In this document: one piece after another, positions 9,015 to 17,882 of the stretch
How positions within the stretch are numbered: the stretch's first letter is position 1
Layout: each line of letters begins with the position of its first letter
Assembly: GCA_027002265.1 (NCBI GenBank)
Contig: JAMOTM010000043.1
Span: forward strand, 14,458-78,457
DNA: 64,000 nucleotides
DNA from: Aquificota bacterium
GTDB lineage: Bacteria > Aquificota > Aquificia > Desulfurobacteriales > DQVG01
Reading direction: 5' to 3'
Made by a program: the position numbers and the translations under genes
The notes under the pieces: model-generated
Told to the model about the DNA's origin: nothing
The model's database searches: none
What the model saw: only the letters and a program-made list of their open reading frames with translations

Positions 9015-9380
9015 TTACCTCTTTTCAAATAATTTAAGGATTTTAGCAAGCTTATTAAGATCCTTTTTATCTAAGCTAATAACGATTTTATTATACCTTT
9101 CATTTGTAAGCTCAAAAACCGCTATATCTTTATTTGGATACATGCACCAAAATTCTTTTTTATTATTTTTTACAGAGAAAAAAATTCCTATTATGAGTAA
9201 ATTAAATATACGTACGCCTGATGCTTTAAATAATGGATATTTTAACTTAGATGGATTTAAAATAATGTTTTTGATATTTTTGATGGGAAATTCTATTGGT
9301 TTAAAGTTTAAAGATAGAATCTTTTCAAGTTTACTTAATTTTATTTGAATTTTGTCCTTTTTTATATCTAACTTTGCCAT
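9015..9380 (-). CDS. hypothetical protein, 121 aa
   Basis: ORF at the head of a same-strand gene run. No recognisable motifs. Confidence 0.45.
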   Translation of the reverse strand: MAKLDIKKDKIQIKLSKLEKILSLNFKPIEFPIKNIKNIILNPSKLKYPLFKASGVRIFNLLIIGIFFSVKNNKKEFWCMYPNKDIAVFELTNERYNKIVISLDKKDLNKLAKILKLFEKR

Positions 9381-9450
9381 TTTATATTTTAATCTTTAGA
9401 AACACTTCAATGTTAAAATATTTTACAAAAATTTTTTGGAGGTATTAAAC

Positions 9451-10815
9451 TTGAAAGTGGAAAAAAGTAAAAAACTTTTTGAAGAAGCCAAAAAATATAT
9501 TCCAGGTGGGGTAAATTCTCCAGTTAGAGCTTTTAAAGCTGTTGAGGATATTCCGCGTTTTATTGAAAAAGGGGAAGGTGCATATATTTACGATGTGGAT
9601 GGAAACAAATATATTGATTATGTAATGTCCTGGGGACCTTTAATTTTAGGTCATGCTCCTAAAAAAGTTATTAAAGCTGTTGTTGAGCAGGCAAAAAAGG
9701 GAACTTCTTATGGGGCTCCAACTAAGCTCGAGGTAGAAATTGCAAAATTTATATGTGAGCATGTTCCGGGAGTAGAAAAAGTTAGAATGGTAAACTCCGG
9801 AACAGAAGCTACTATGAGTGCAATTCGTCTGGCAAGAGGGTATACTGGAAGAAAAAAAATTATAAAATTTGAAGGATGTTACCATGGGCATGTAGATTCC
9901 CTACTTGTAAAAGCAGGGTCTGGACTAGCAACTTTTGGAAAACCATCCTCTCCAGGTATCCCCGAAGAGCTTGCAGCTCTTACTATTACTTTACCATTTA
10001 ATGACATAAATACCTTTAAAAAAGCTATTTTGGAACATAAAGGAGAAATTGCCTGTGTTATTTTAGAACCCGTTATGGCAAATGCAGGGCTAATTATGCC
10101 CACAAAAGAATTTTTAAAAGGGCTTAGGGAAATTACTGCTCAAGAAAATATTATTCTTATCTTTGATGAAGTTATTACTGGATTTAGACTTTCTTTAGGT
10201 GGAGCTCAAGAGTATTTTGGAATTACTCCCGACCTTTCTACCTTTGGAAAAGTTATAGGGGGAGGTCTGCCGGTAGGGGCTTTTGGAGGGAAAAAAGAAA
10301 TTATGGATTATTTATCTCCAGAGGGTCCTGTATATCAAGCTGGAACTTTATCCGGAAATCCTCTTGCTATGGCGGCTGGTCTTACAACTTTAAAGCTTTT
10401 AAAAGATGGTAAAGTTCAAAAACTTCAAGATGGAAGTACTATAGTTGACTTTTTTAAGGATGGAGAAGGAGTTTATGATTATTTAAGAAAAATGGGAAAA
10501 GCTTTTGCAGAAGCTATAGATGCTGCTAGAAGAGAAACTGGTATGGATAAATATACAAGGGCTTATAACTTAGAAAGCTTAAATTGTCTTTTCTTTGTAG
10601 ATAAAGATATTAAAAACTTTAAAGATGTTTCCAAAGCTAATACTAAAGCTTATGCTCTCTTTTTCAGAGAAATGTTAAAAGAAGGAATCTATTTAGCACC
10701 CTCTCAATTTGAAGTAGCCTTTGTATCTACAGCTCATACAGAAAAGGAAATAGAAAGAACTTATCAAGCTGCCCTTAAAGCTTTAAGAAGAGTTAAGGAG
10801 GAATTTTATAGTTAA
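9451..10815 (+). CDS. hemL: glutamate-1-semialdehyde 2,1-aminomutase
   Basis: 'IPGGVNSPVRAF' and a class-III aminotransferase core with 'FGKVIGGGLPVGAFGG'. GGAGG at 9438-9442 favours the TTG at 9451 over the track start at 9436. Confidence 0.9.
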   Translation: MKVEKSKKLFEEAKKYIPGGVNSPVRAFKAVEDIPRFIEKGEGAYIYDVDGNKYIDYVMSWGPLILGHAPKKVIKAVVEQAKKGTSYGAPTKLEVEIAKFICEHVPGVEKVRMVNSGTEATMSAIRLARGYTGRKKIIKFEGCYHGHVDSLLVKAGSGLATFGKPSSPGIPEELAALTITLPFNDINTFKKAILEHKGEIACVILEPVMANAGLIMPTKEFLKGLREITAQENIILIFDEVITGFRLSLGGAQEYFGITPDLSTFGKVIGGGLPVGAFGGKKEIMDYLSPEGPVYQAGTLSGNPLAMAAGLTTLKLLKDGKVQKLQDGSTIVDFFKDGEGVYDYLRKMGKAFAEAIDAARRETGMDKYTRAYNLESLNCLFFVDKDIKNFKDVSKANTKAYALFFREMLKEGIYLAPSQFEVAFVSTAHTEKEIERTYQAALKALRRVKEEFYS

Positions 10816-11045
10816 TGCTTAAACTTTTGTTTTCTAAAGATAAAGAAAAAAGAAAAACTTTTTTTAAGGTTCTCGAGGTTACTTCAAGTATTACGAGTTT
10901 TGCTTTTGCAGTTTTAATTGGTTTTGTAATAGGATATTATTTAGATGAATACTTTCATACTTCTCCCCTTCTTACCTTGATTTTTGGAATCTTTGGAATC
11001 GTTGCGGGAGTTAAAAATATCTTAGAAGACCTAAAAAAATTTTGA
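10815..11045 (+). CDS. AtpZ/AtpI-like small membrane protein of the F-ATPase operon
   Basis: 76 aa with two TM helices, directly upstream of atpB. Confidence 0.6.
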   Translation: MLKLLFSKDKEKRKTFFKVLEVTSSITSFAFAVLIGFVIGYYLDEYFHTSPLLTLIFGIFGIVAGVKNILEDLKKF

Positions 11046-11081
11046 TATAATTTACTAGATTTTTTTGACGGGGGAAAAGTA

Positions 11082-11804
11082 ATGCAAGAGCATGGGTTAG
11101 TAATATTTCATATACCTGGAATTCCAGATTTTATAACTAATACTTGGGTAGTTATGGCAATTATTTTATTTGTAGCTTATAAACTTTCTCAAAACTTAGA
11201 TTTATTTCCAAAAAATAAATTTCTTCTAGCTATTGAATCTCTTTATAAATTTTTTAAGGATTTACTAAATCAAACTTTAGGAAAGGAGAAAGCTAAAAAA
11301 TTTTTACCTTACTTCTTTGCTTTATTTATTTTTATTTTATGTATGAATCTTTGGGGACTTATTCCAGGGGCTGTTCAACCCACCTCTAATATTAATACCA
11401 CTTTAGCTTTAGCTATTTTATCTTTTATTCTTTATCATGCTTCTGGTATCAAATTTCAAGGAATTATTAACTATATAAAACACTTTTTAAGTGGACCAAA
11501 ATGGCTTATTCCTCTTATGTTACCAGTAGAAATAATTTCTCACTTTGCAAGAATCATCTCTCTTTCTTTCCGGCTTTTTGGAAACATGTTTGGAGATGAA
11601 ATGATAGTATTAATTCTCTTTACTATATTCCCACTTGTTTTACCTCTTTTAGGTATGCTTATTGTATTTGGTAACTCATTTTTACAAGCATTTATTTTTG
11701 TAATGCTTTCTATAATTTATGTAGCTCTTGCAGTTCACCACCATCATGAAGAAAAAGAAAAAGAAAAAGAAAAGGAAAATGTGCCGGATATAGACTTAGC
11801 TTAA
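11082..11804 (+). CDS. atpB: F0F1 ATP synthase subunit a
   Basis: Conserved 'SLSFRLFGNMFGDE' (essential Arg helix), five TM helices, followed by atpE. Unusual HHHH-(EK)n C-terminal tail. Confidence 0.9.
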   Translation: MQEHGLVIFHIPGIPDFITNTWVVMAIILFVAYKLSQNLDLFPKNKFLLAIESLYKFFKDLLNQTLGKEKAKKFLPYFFALFIFILCMNLWGLIPGAVQPTSNINTTLALAILSFILYHASGIKFQGIINYIKHFLSGPKWLIPLMLPVEIISHFARIISLSFRLFGNMFGDEMIVLILFTIFPLVLPLLGMLIVFGNSFLQAFIFVMLSIIYVALAVHHHHEEKEKEKEKENVPDIDLA

Positions 11805-11825
11805 AAATAAATGGAGGGTTGAAAA

Positions 11826-12059
11826 ATGGACATTGGAACAGGAATTGCTATTTTAGGTCCAGCTTTAGCGGTAGGACTTGCTGGAGCTGGAGCTGGTGTA
11901 GGTATTGGTCTTGCAGGTAAAGGTAGTTTAGAAGCTATGGCTAGAAACCCAAATATGTATTCTAAAATTCAAACAAATATGTTAATTGCTGCAGCTCTTG
12001 CAGAATCTGTTGCTATCTATGGTTTAGTTATTGCTTTTATTTTACTTGGAAAAATCTAA
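11826..12059 (+). CDS. atpE: F0F1 ATP synthase subunit c
   Basis: 77-aa hairpin proteolipid with 'ARNP' loop and carboxylate helix 'AAALAESVAIYGLVIAF'. Confidence 0.9.
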   Translation: MDIGTGIAILGPALAVGLAGAGAGVGIGLAGKGSLEAMARNPNMYSKIQTNMLIAAALAESVAIYGLVIAFILLGKI

Positions 12060-12067
12060 AATATTTT

Positions 12068-12087
12068 GGGGGCAAAGCCTTGCCCCC
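12068..12087. terminator. hairpin GGGGGCAA-AGCC-TTGCCCCC between convergent atpE and miaA
   Basis: Perfect 8-bp stem, followed on the plus strand by ATATTTAAATTTCATTTTT. Confidence 0.55.
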
Positions 12088-12091
12088 ATAT

Positions 12092-13078
12092 TTAAATTTC
12101 ATTTTTAACATCTTTAAATATATCTTCAAAACTTATACTCTCAATATCATACATTTTCCATACTTTGTCTTTATCTAAGTATTTTTTTAACCATCTTATT
12201 TGTCTTCTTGCATAGTTTTTAGTAGATTTTACTATCCAAGCTTTAGCTTCATCTAAGGATAAAACATTATATAAATAAAATATTATTTCTTTATAAGAGT
12301 GGCCTTGCAAAGCTGGGAAATCATCAAAGTACCTTTGAAAATTTTTATAAATTTCTTTGAAGTCTTTCTTTTTATTTTCAAAGAAAAATTTATCTAAAGT
12401 TTCTTGAAAATTATATTTTTTTATGATATTTTTAACCTCTTCTATTAAACCTCTTTCTATTTGTTTATCTACTCTCTTTTCTATATTTTTAAAAATATTT
12501 TCCTTTTTTCTATTTAAAAATATTCCAACAAAACTAAATCTTTTTTCCAGATTATCCCAGAAATTTAAATTTAAGTTTTCACCTTTTAAAGCAAGTTCGC
12601 TATATCTTAAAAGCCTTTTTCTATCATTTTTTGAAATTTTTTTAGAAATTTCTGGAAAATGCTTTTTTATTATCTCGAAAAGCTCTTCATTATTTAAATT
12701 TTCTAAATACTTTATTAAAGTATTATCTTTTTTAGTAAAAATAGGAAGATTATAAATTAAAAAGTGCATATAAAGAGTTGTTCCTCCAACTATAATAGGT
12801 ATTTTTCCTCGAGAAAATATATCTTGAATATGAGTATAAGCTTTTTTTACAAATTCTCCTAAAGCTAACTTCTCTCTTGGGGTAATGATATCTATCATAT
12901 AGTGGGGAAATTTTTTTCTAATGTCTTTAGAGACTTTATCTGTCCCAATATCCATATCTTTATAAATTTGCATACTATCACAGCTTACAATTTCTACATT
13001 TTTCAATTTTTCAGCTAAATATAAAGAGAGATCCGTTTTACCTACGCTCGTAGGTCCTGCAATTACGATAGCTTTCAT
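12092..13078 (-). CDS. miaA: tRNA dimethylallyltransferase
   Basis: 'IAGPTSVGKTDLSL' P-loop, 'DSMQIYKDMDIGTDK' and 'GGTTLY' motifs. Confidence 0.9.
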   Translation of the reverse strand: MKAIVIAGPTSVGKTDLSLYLAEKLKNVEIVSCDSMQIYKDMDIGTDKVSKDIRKKFPHYMIDIITPREKLALGEFVKKAYTHIQDIFSRGKIPIIVGGTTLYMHFLIYNLPIFTKKDNTLIKYLENLNNEELFEIIKKHFPEISKKISKNDRKRLLRYSELALKGENLNLNFWDNLEKRFSFVGIFLNRKKENIFKNIEKRVDKQIERGLIEEVKNIIKKYNFQETLDKFFFENKKKDFKEIYKNFQRYFDDFPALQGHSYKEIIFYLYNVLSLDEAKAWIVKSTKNYARRQIRWLKKYLDKDKVWKMYDIESISFEDIFKDVKNEI

Positions 13079-14123
13079 TTTCTACTTCCAAGACGGTTTC
13101 TAAATTTAAGTTCTCTTTTTTTATCCTTTCTAAATTTTTCATGTAATTTAAAATATCCTCTTTTATTTTATTGGGAATTCTTAAATAAGTTCTAACTATA
13201 AAAATATTTTCCTTTAATTTTAAATCTTTATTTTTTATTAGATCAAAAATTTTTACAAAATCTTTTTCAGTTGTAAGGAAAGCTATTCTTTTATCTTCTT
13301 TTAAGATATTGTTTAGTTTTTCTATGTCTTTTATTTTATATTTGTGGTGATCAGGAAATTTTATATGTTTTTTTACTTTTAATCTTAGCTCTTTTTCAAC
13401 GAAATTTTTAAAACTTAGATTATTTCCAAGACCAGAAATAAGATATATTTCTTTATTTTTTAGAGATTCTAAATTAATTTTTTCCCCGGAAAAATTTGTA
13501 ATATTTTTTAATTTTATAGGAACTAAGAATATATTTTTATTATATTTTTCCAAAATTTTTAAGGTTTTATCTATAATATCCTTTTTGTATAAATTATACT
13601 TAGTTATAAGGATATAATCAGCTAAAGAGGAATTTTCCAAATCTTCCCTTAATATTCCAAAAGGAAAAGGAGTATAATCTCGTTTGGACAAAAAGGGACG
13701 AAAACAAAGAATTTTTTTATCATAATCTATCCTTAGATCTTGAAAACCATCATCTAAAATTATTAAATGTGCGCCCAAATTTAGGGCATAATCAATTCCA
13801 GCTAATCTATTTTTTGAAACAATTGTATCTATCCCATGTCGGAAATATATTAAAGCTTCATCTCCAAAATATTCACTATCTAATTTATCTACTAAAACGG
13901 GACCTATAGCTTTTCCCTTATATCCTCTTAAAACTACAAAAGGTCTTAAACCTTTTTCTAAAAGAAATTTTGCCAAGTCTAAAACAATCGGAGTTTTTCC
14001 TGTTCCTCCTACCTGGAGATTGCCTATACAAATAGTAGGAACCTGAGCTTTATAATAAGGTTTAAATAATTTTCTTCTAAATTTTGTTAAACTTCCGTAT
14101 AATTTTGAAAGTAAAGTTAACAA
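13038..14123 (-). CDS. lpxK: tetraacyldisaccharide 4'-kinase
   Basis: 'VPTICIGNLQVGGTGKTP' P-loop signature of LpxK and 'ILDDGFQ' motif. Confidence 0.85.
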   Translation of the reverse strand: MLTLLSKLYGSLTKFRRKLFKPYYKAQVPTICIGNLQVGGTGKTPIVLDLAKFLLEKGLRPFVVLRGYKGKAIGPVLVDKLDSEYFGDEALIYFRHGIDTIVSKNRLAGIDYALNLGAHLIILDDGFQDLRIDYDKKILCFRPFLSKRDYTPFPFGILREDLENSSLADYILITKYNLYKKDIIDKTLKILEKYNKNIFLVPIKLKNITNFSGEKINLESLKNKEIYLISGLGNNLSFKNFVEKELRLKVKKHIKFPDHHKYKIKDIEKLNNILKEDKRIAFLTTEKDFVKIFDLIKNKDLKLKENIFIVRTYLRIPNKIKEDILNYMKNLERIKKENLNLETVLEVENESYRNCRTYERR

Positions 14124-14135
14124 ATTATACCTTCC

Positions 14136-14843
14136 TTACTTTATTTTTAAGATTTTATGAAGCTGAGGGCGAAAATAAACTTTTAAATTTTTTATATCTT
14201 TTTCTTTTAAAAAGCTCAATAAACATTTTTTAGAAAAGTTAATATAATCCATATTTTTAAATTCTACAGGTTGAAAATATACATTTTTTAATTTAAACTC
14301 TTTTATAATTTTTATATACTTTTTTATATTTTCCCTATTAAAAATTAAAAATTTATAGTAAACTTTTATGTTATGGTCTTCTTCCAACATTTTCCAGAAT
14401 TTAATGACTTTGCATATTTCTTTCTTAGGAGATATCACCAAGGCAATATTTTTTCTTTTTAAAGTTTTTATAAAAGTTTTTTCAGGAAAAATACTACCAT
14501 TTGTTTCTAAAATGATAAATTTATTTATTTTCTCTATAAAGTTTTTTAAAAAAGGGGATTGTAAAAAAGGTTCTCCTCCAGTTATAGTTATATATTTATA
14601 TTTTTTTGAAAGATTTAAAAGCTTGTTTAAAGAAATTTTATAAGCTTTATTTAATTTTTCTTTAGTATCGCAAAAAGAACAATTTAGATTACAAAAAGCG
14701 AATCTAATAAAGAAACAAGGTAAACCTAAAAAAGGTCCTTCTCCTTGAATAGAAAAAAAAACTTCAGAAATATAAGCATATTTTTTGTTCTTAAATTTCC
14801 TCAAAATACTCAACTCCATTTTTCTCAGTTTCCCAAAGAACAA
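14136..14843 (-). CDS. queE: 7-carboxy-7-deazaguanine synthase (radical SAM)
   Basis: 'EVFFSIQGEGPFLG' and 'CNLNCSFCDT' cluster motif. Real start may be an internal Met; the track ORF overlaps queD by 53 nt. Confidence 0.85.
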   Translation of the reverse strand: MFFGKLRKMELSILRKFKNKKYAYISEVFFSIQGEGPFLGLPCFFIRFAFCNLNCSFCDTKEKLNKAYKISLNKLLNLSKKYKYITITGGEPFLQSPFLKNFIEKINKFIILETNGSIFPEKTFIKTLKRKNIALVISPKKEICKVIKFWKMLEEDHNIKVYYKFLIFNRENIKKYIKIIKEFKLKNVYFQPVEFKNMDYINFSKKCLLSFLKEKDIKNLKVYFRPQLHKILKIK

Positions 14844-15141
14844 CTTTTAAAATGTTATAACCTTTTTCCTTTAGCTTCTTATATATATACCTTGATATAT
14901 TTTCCGCAGAGGGAGGAAAATCAAAAATCTGATTTAAGAATTTATGGTCGGGTAAAATTTCTCTTAAATCCTTTTTTATTTGAGAAAAATCTATAGAAAT
15001 GCCAGTTTCTTTATCTATATCTTTTACTTTTATAAAAATTTCCACTTTCCATGTATGACCATGTAAATTTTTACATTTTCCGGGATGATTTGGAATAAAA
15101 TGAGCTGCATCAAATTTTTCTTTTACTCTTAAGATCCACAT
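14791..15141 (-). CDS. queD: 6-carboxy-5,6,7,8-tetrahydropterin synthase
   Basis: 'FDAAHFIPNHPGKCKNLHGHTWKVE' His-triad signature, 116 aa. Confidence 0.9.
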   Translation of the reverse strand: MWILRVKEKFDAAHFIPNHPGKCKNLHGHTWKVEIFIKVKDIDKETGISIDFSQIKKDLREILPDHKFLNQIFDFPPSAENISRYIYKKLKEKGYNILKVVLWETEKNGVEYFEEI

Positions 15142-15154
15142 TTTTTATCCTCTT

Positions 15155-16126
15155 TTAATTTTTTATAAGTTTATCTATATCTTTAAAAGATAAATTATAT
15201 TCTTTTATAAGAAAATCTATAAAACTTTTATCTTTATAATAAAATCTTCTTATTAAATATCTTAAAAATTTATTTGGCATAATTTCCTTTATATATTTTT
15301 CAAAGGAATCATCTCTATCTTTATCTGTAAGCCATCTACTTACTATATAAACAATATGATTTAATCTATCTGGAACGGCATAAGCATAACCTTTATAAGT
15401 TATTTTTCTATGTTTATATTCAGGTAAAATTTCAGATGTTAAACCATCTAAGCTTTGATTTTTATCTATTATTCCTCCCAAAATAAAAATATTTATTTTA
15501 TCTTTTTCTATATCTTTCCAGGATAAGGTTTTTTCTGCATTTGGATCTAAAACTATTATATTAAAGTCTTTTTGATATTCCTTTCCAAGTTTATATATAT
15601 CTTCAAAAGAATTAAAAATATGGAAAGGATAATTTTTGTAAGCTTTTTCAAAGTAAGGTTCTATATTTTCTTTTACATTAAAGACAAAGTAGTGATAGTT
15701 AGATAAGTAATTTTTTAAAATATTTGCAGTTTTTGAAAGTTGAACAATTAGACTATCTTTTTCATGTTTATCTAAAATGTTTGTAAAGGATAAATCTACT
15801 CCGAAAAAGGGAATTTGAGAAAAATCTAAATATATATCCAGGCAAGGTAAGCGTAAATTTTTACTTCTAACAAGATATGCGTCTGGTAAGATCTCCCCTT
15901 TAAAGCCTAAAAGTTTAAAATCTTTTTCCTCCTGTAGTACTCGTCCTGGGAATTTATCAAAAAAATATTTTTCTAAAACAATTTTCCATTTTCCTTTTTT
16001 TATATCGTTAGAAAGAACATTTAAATAATCTAGACCTTCTGGGTAACCTACCAGTTTTAAAATATTTATATTTTCTTTTTTTAAAGTATTTACTAAAATT
16101 TCTTTTGGAGATAAAATACGCTCCAT
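15155..16126 (-). CDS. Trm10-like SPOUT (tRNA m1G/m1A9-type) methyltransferase domain protein with ~100-aa N-terminal extension
   Basis: 'VDLSFTNILDKHEKDSLIVQLSKT', 'IIVLDPNAEKTL...IFILGGIIDKN' and 'DRLNHIVYIVSRWL' parallel the three conserved Trm10 blocks as recalled from yeast and human Trm10. First gene of a queD-queE-lpxK-miaA run. Confidence 0.5.
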   Translation of the reverse strand: MERILSPKEILVNTLKKENINILKLVGYPEGLDYLNVLSNDIKKGKWKIVLEKYFFDKFPGRVLQEEKDFKLLGFKGEILPDAYLVRSKNLRLPCLDIYLDFSQIPFFGVDLSFTNILDKHEKDSLIVQLSKTANILKNYLSNYHYFVFNVKENIEPYFEKAYKNYPFHIFNSFEDIYKLGKEYQKDFNIIVLDPNAEKTLSWKDIEKDKINIFILGGIIDKNQSLDGLTSEILPEYKHRKITYKGYAYAVPDRLNHIVYIVSRWLTDKDRDDSFEKYIKEIMPNKFLRYLIRRFYYKDKSFIDFLIKEYNLSFKDIDKLIKN

Positions 16127-16215
16127 AGTCTCTCCTTTTTTTTATTTTCTAAAAATTCTGCTCTTAGAACAAACATAAAATTAACTGAAAAATTTTAACA
16201 ACAAGGAGAAGAAAA

Positions 16216-17349
16216 ATGAAAGATTTAGAAAAAACAATTCTAAAAGAGGCTGCAGATTTTGCAATAGAAAAAAGAAAAAAAATAATTCCTGAGCTTTCTG
16301 GAAAAGAAGAAAAGACCTCAAAACTTGTTTTTGAAACTTTAAAATCTTTAGGGTATAAACCATATTTTCTTAAAAATACCTATAACGTTTTATGTAAACT
16401 TGATTTAGGAAAAGAAAAAACTTTGGCTATTAGAGCGGATATGGATGCTTTACCCTTTGGAGATAAAATTATTCATGCTTGCGGACACGATTTTCATACG
16501 GCCACTTTGCTTGGACTTGCTTATATCTTTTCAAAGAAAGAATTTCAAGAAAAACTAAAGGTAAATTTACTTTTTATTTTTCAATCTTCAGAAGAGGTAA
16601 AAGAATATTCTGGGGCTGAAGCTATTGTAAAAGCTGGAATTTTACAAAAGGAAAATGTGGATGCTATTATTGGTTTTCATGTTTTTCCAGAGCTTCCTAT
16701 TGGAAAAATAGGTGTTAGAAGTGGTCCTATGATGGCGGGTAGTGATGTTTTTGAATATATTATAAAAGGAAAGGCTTCCCATGCATCTCGACCTCATTTA
16801 TCTAATGAAACAATTTCTGCTTTAGGTCAACTTATAACTAAACTTAATATTATTCCTTCTAGAAAAATTAACCCCTTGGAGCCTGCTTTAATTTCAATTG
16901 GAATAGTTCAAGCTGGAAGTGCAGAAAATGTTATTCCAGATAAAGCATATTTAAGGGGTACTATAAGATACTACTCAAAAGAAGTAAGAGAGGCTATTTT
17001 AGATAATATGGAAAAAGCAAAAAATTCTGTTGATGAGTTTTTTGGAACAGATACATCTTTGTATATAATTCGTGGGAATGAGCCTGTAATAAACGATAAG
17101 TCTTTAGTGGAGTTAATAAAAAAAGTAGTAATTAATTATCTTGGCCCAGAAAGTTTTGAATATTTAGAATATCCTTCTATGGGAAGTGAAGACTTTAGTG
17201 AGTACTTAAAAGTGGTAAAAAAAGGATGCTATTTTAGAGTGGGCGTGGGTGGAAATTATCCTCTTCATAATCCTTTATTTAAAGCTCCGGATGAGGCTAT
17301 TATTTATGCTTTAACAACCTTATATGGAGTTGCAATAAATTATGAGTAA
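16216..17349 (+). CDS. M20D-family amidohydrolase (N-acyl-amino acid / hippurate hydrolase-like)
   Basis: 'IRADMDALP', 'HACGHDFH' and 'FQSSEE' metal-ligand motifs. Confidence 0.8.
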   Translation: MKDLEKTILKEAADFAIEKRKKIIPELSGKEEKTSKLVFETLKSLGYKPYFLKNTYNVLCKLDLGKEKTLAIRADMDALPFGDKIIHACGHDFHTATLLGLAYIFSKKEFQEKLKVNLLFIFQSSEEVKEYSGAEAIVKAGILQKENVDAIIGFHVFPELPIGKIGVRSGPMMAGSDVFEYIIKGKASHASRPHLSNETISALGQLITKLNIIPSRKINPLEPALISIGIVQAGSAENVIPDKAYLRGTIRYYSKEVREAILDNMEKAKNSVDEFFGTDTSLYIIRGNEPVINDKSLVELIKKVVINYLGPESFEYLEYPSMGSEDFSEYLKVVKKGCYFRVGVGGNYPLHNPLFKAPDEAIIYALTTLYGVAINYE

Positions 17350-17872
17350 TATAATAGCTTGCTATCCTGGCACTTTTGATCCAGTAACTTTGGGTCATTT
17401 GGATGTTATAAAAAGAGCTACTAAACTTTTTGATAAGTTAATTATTGCGGTTGCGGAAAGTACAAAGAAAAAAACTTGGTTTAGTGTTAAAGAAAGAATA
17501 GAGCTTATTAAAGAAAGTTTAAAAGAGCTTTCTATAGATCTTTTTAAAGTAGAAATTTTTAGTTTTGACACTTTACTTGTAGATTTTTGTAAAAAGCATA
17601 AAGTTAATGTTATAGTAAGAGGTATTAGAGTTGTTTCTGATATGGAGCACGAGTTTAGAATGGCTTTTATAAATAGAAAACTAGCTCCAAATATAGAAAC
17701 TATATTTTTAATGCCAGATGAAAAATTTGCTTATCTTTCTTCCTCCTCTGTTAGGGAAATTGCTTTCTATGAAGGAAATCTTTCTTGTTTTGTTACAAAA
17801 TGTGTAGAAAAAGCTTTAAGGGTAAAGGTAAAAGAATTAAAAAGAAATATGAAAATTTTAAAGGAAAGTTAG
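17342..17872 (+). CDS. coaD: phosphopantetheine adenylyltransferase
   Basis: 'YPGTFDPVTLGHLDVI' HxGH nucleotidyltransferase motif and 'SSSSVREI'. Confidence 0.9.
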   Translation: MSNIIACYPGTFDPVTLGHLDVIKRATKLFDKLIIAVAESTKKKTWFSVKERIELIKESLKELSIDLFKVEIFSFDTLLVDFCKKHKVNVIVRGIRVVSDMEHEFRMAFINRKLAPNIETIFLMPDEKFAYLSSSSVREIAFYEGNLSCFVTKCVEKALRVKVKELKRNMKILKES

Positions 17873-17882
17873 GAGATAAAAA

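Noticed and set aside
10399-10500. ~20-25-aa insertion in HemL ('KDGKVQKLQDGSTIVDFFKDGEGVYDY') relative to the usual ~430-aa enzyme
   Set aside because: It is probably a lineage-specific surface loop, and the catalytic motifs are intact. The same holds for extra segments in MnmG and the PNPase C-terminal tail. There is no evidence of functional novelty from sequence alone.
11748-11775. GAAAAA hexanucleotide repeat at the atpB 3' end as a phase-variation tract
   Set aside because: The unit length is a multiple of three, so slippage keeps the frame and only changes the EK-tail length.
16129-16175. Possible preQ1 riboswitch upstream of the Trm10-like/queD/queE run: TTCTAA-N11-TTAGAA hairpin followed by an A-rich tail running into the GGAGAG RBS
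   Set aside because: The layout is superficially preQ1-I-like and the genomic context fits. However, the loop lacks the conserved C before the 3' stem strand. I also cannot find a loop-tail pseudoknot complement. It needs a covariance-model scan (RF00522 or RF01054) before it can be claimed.
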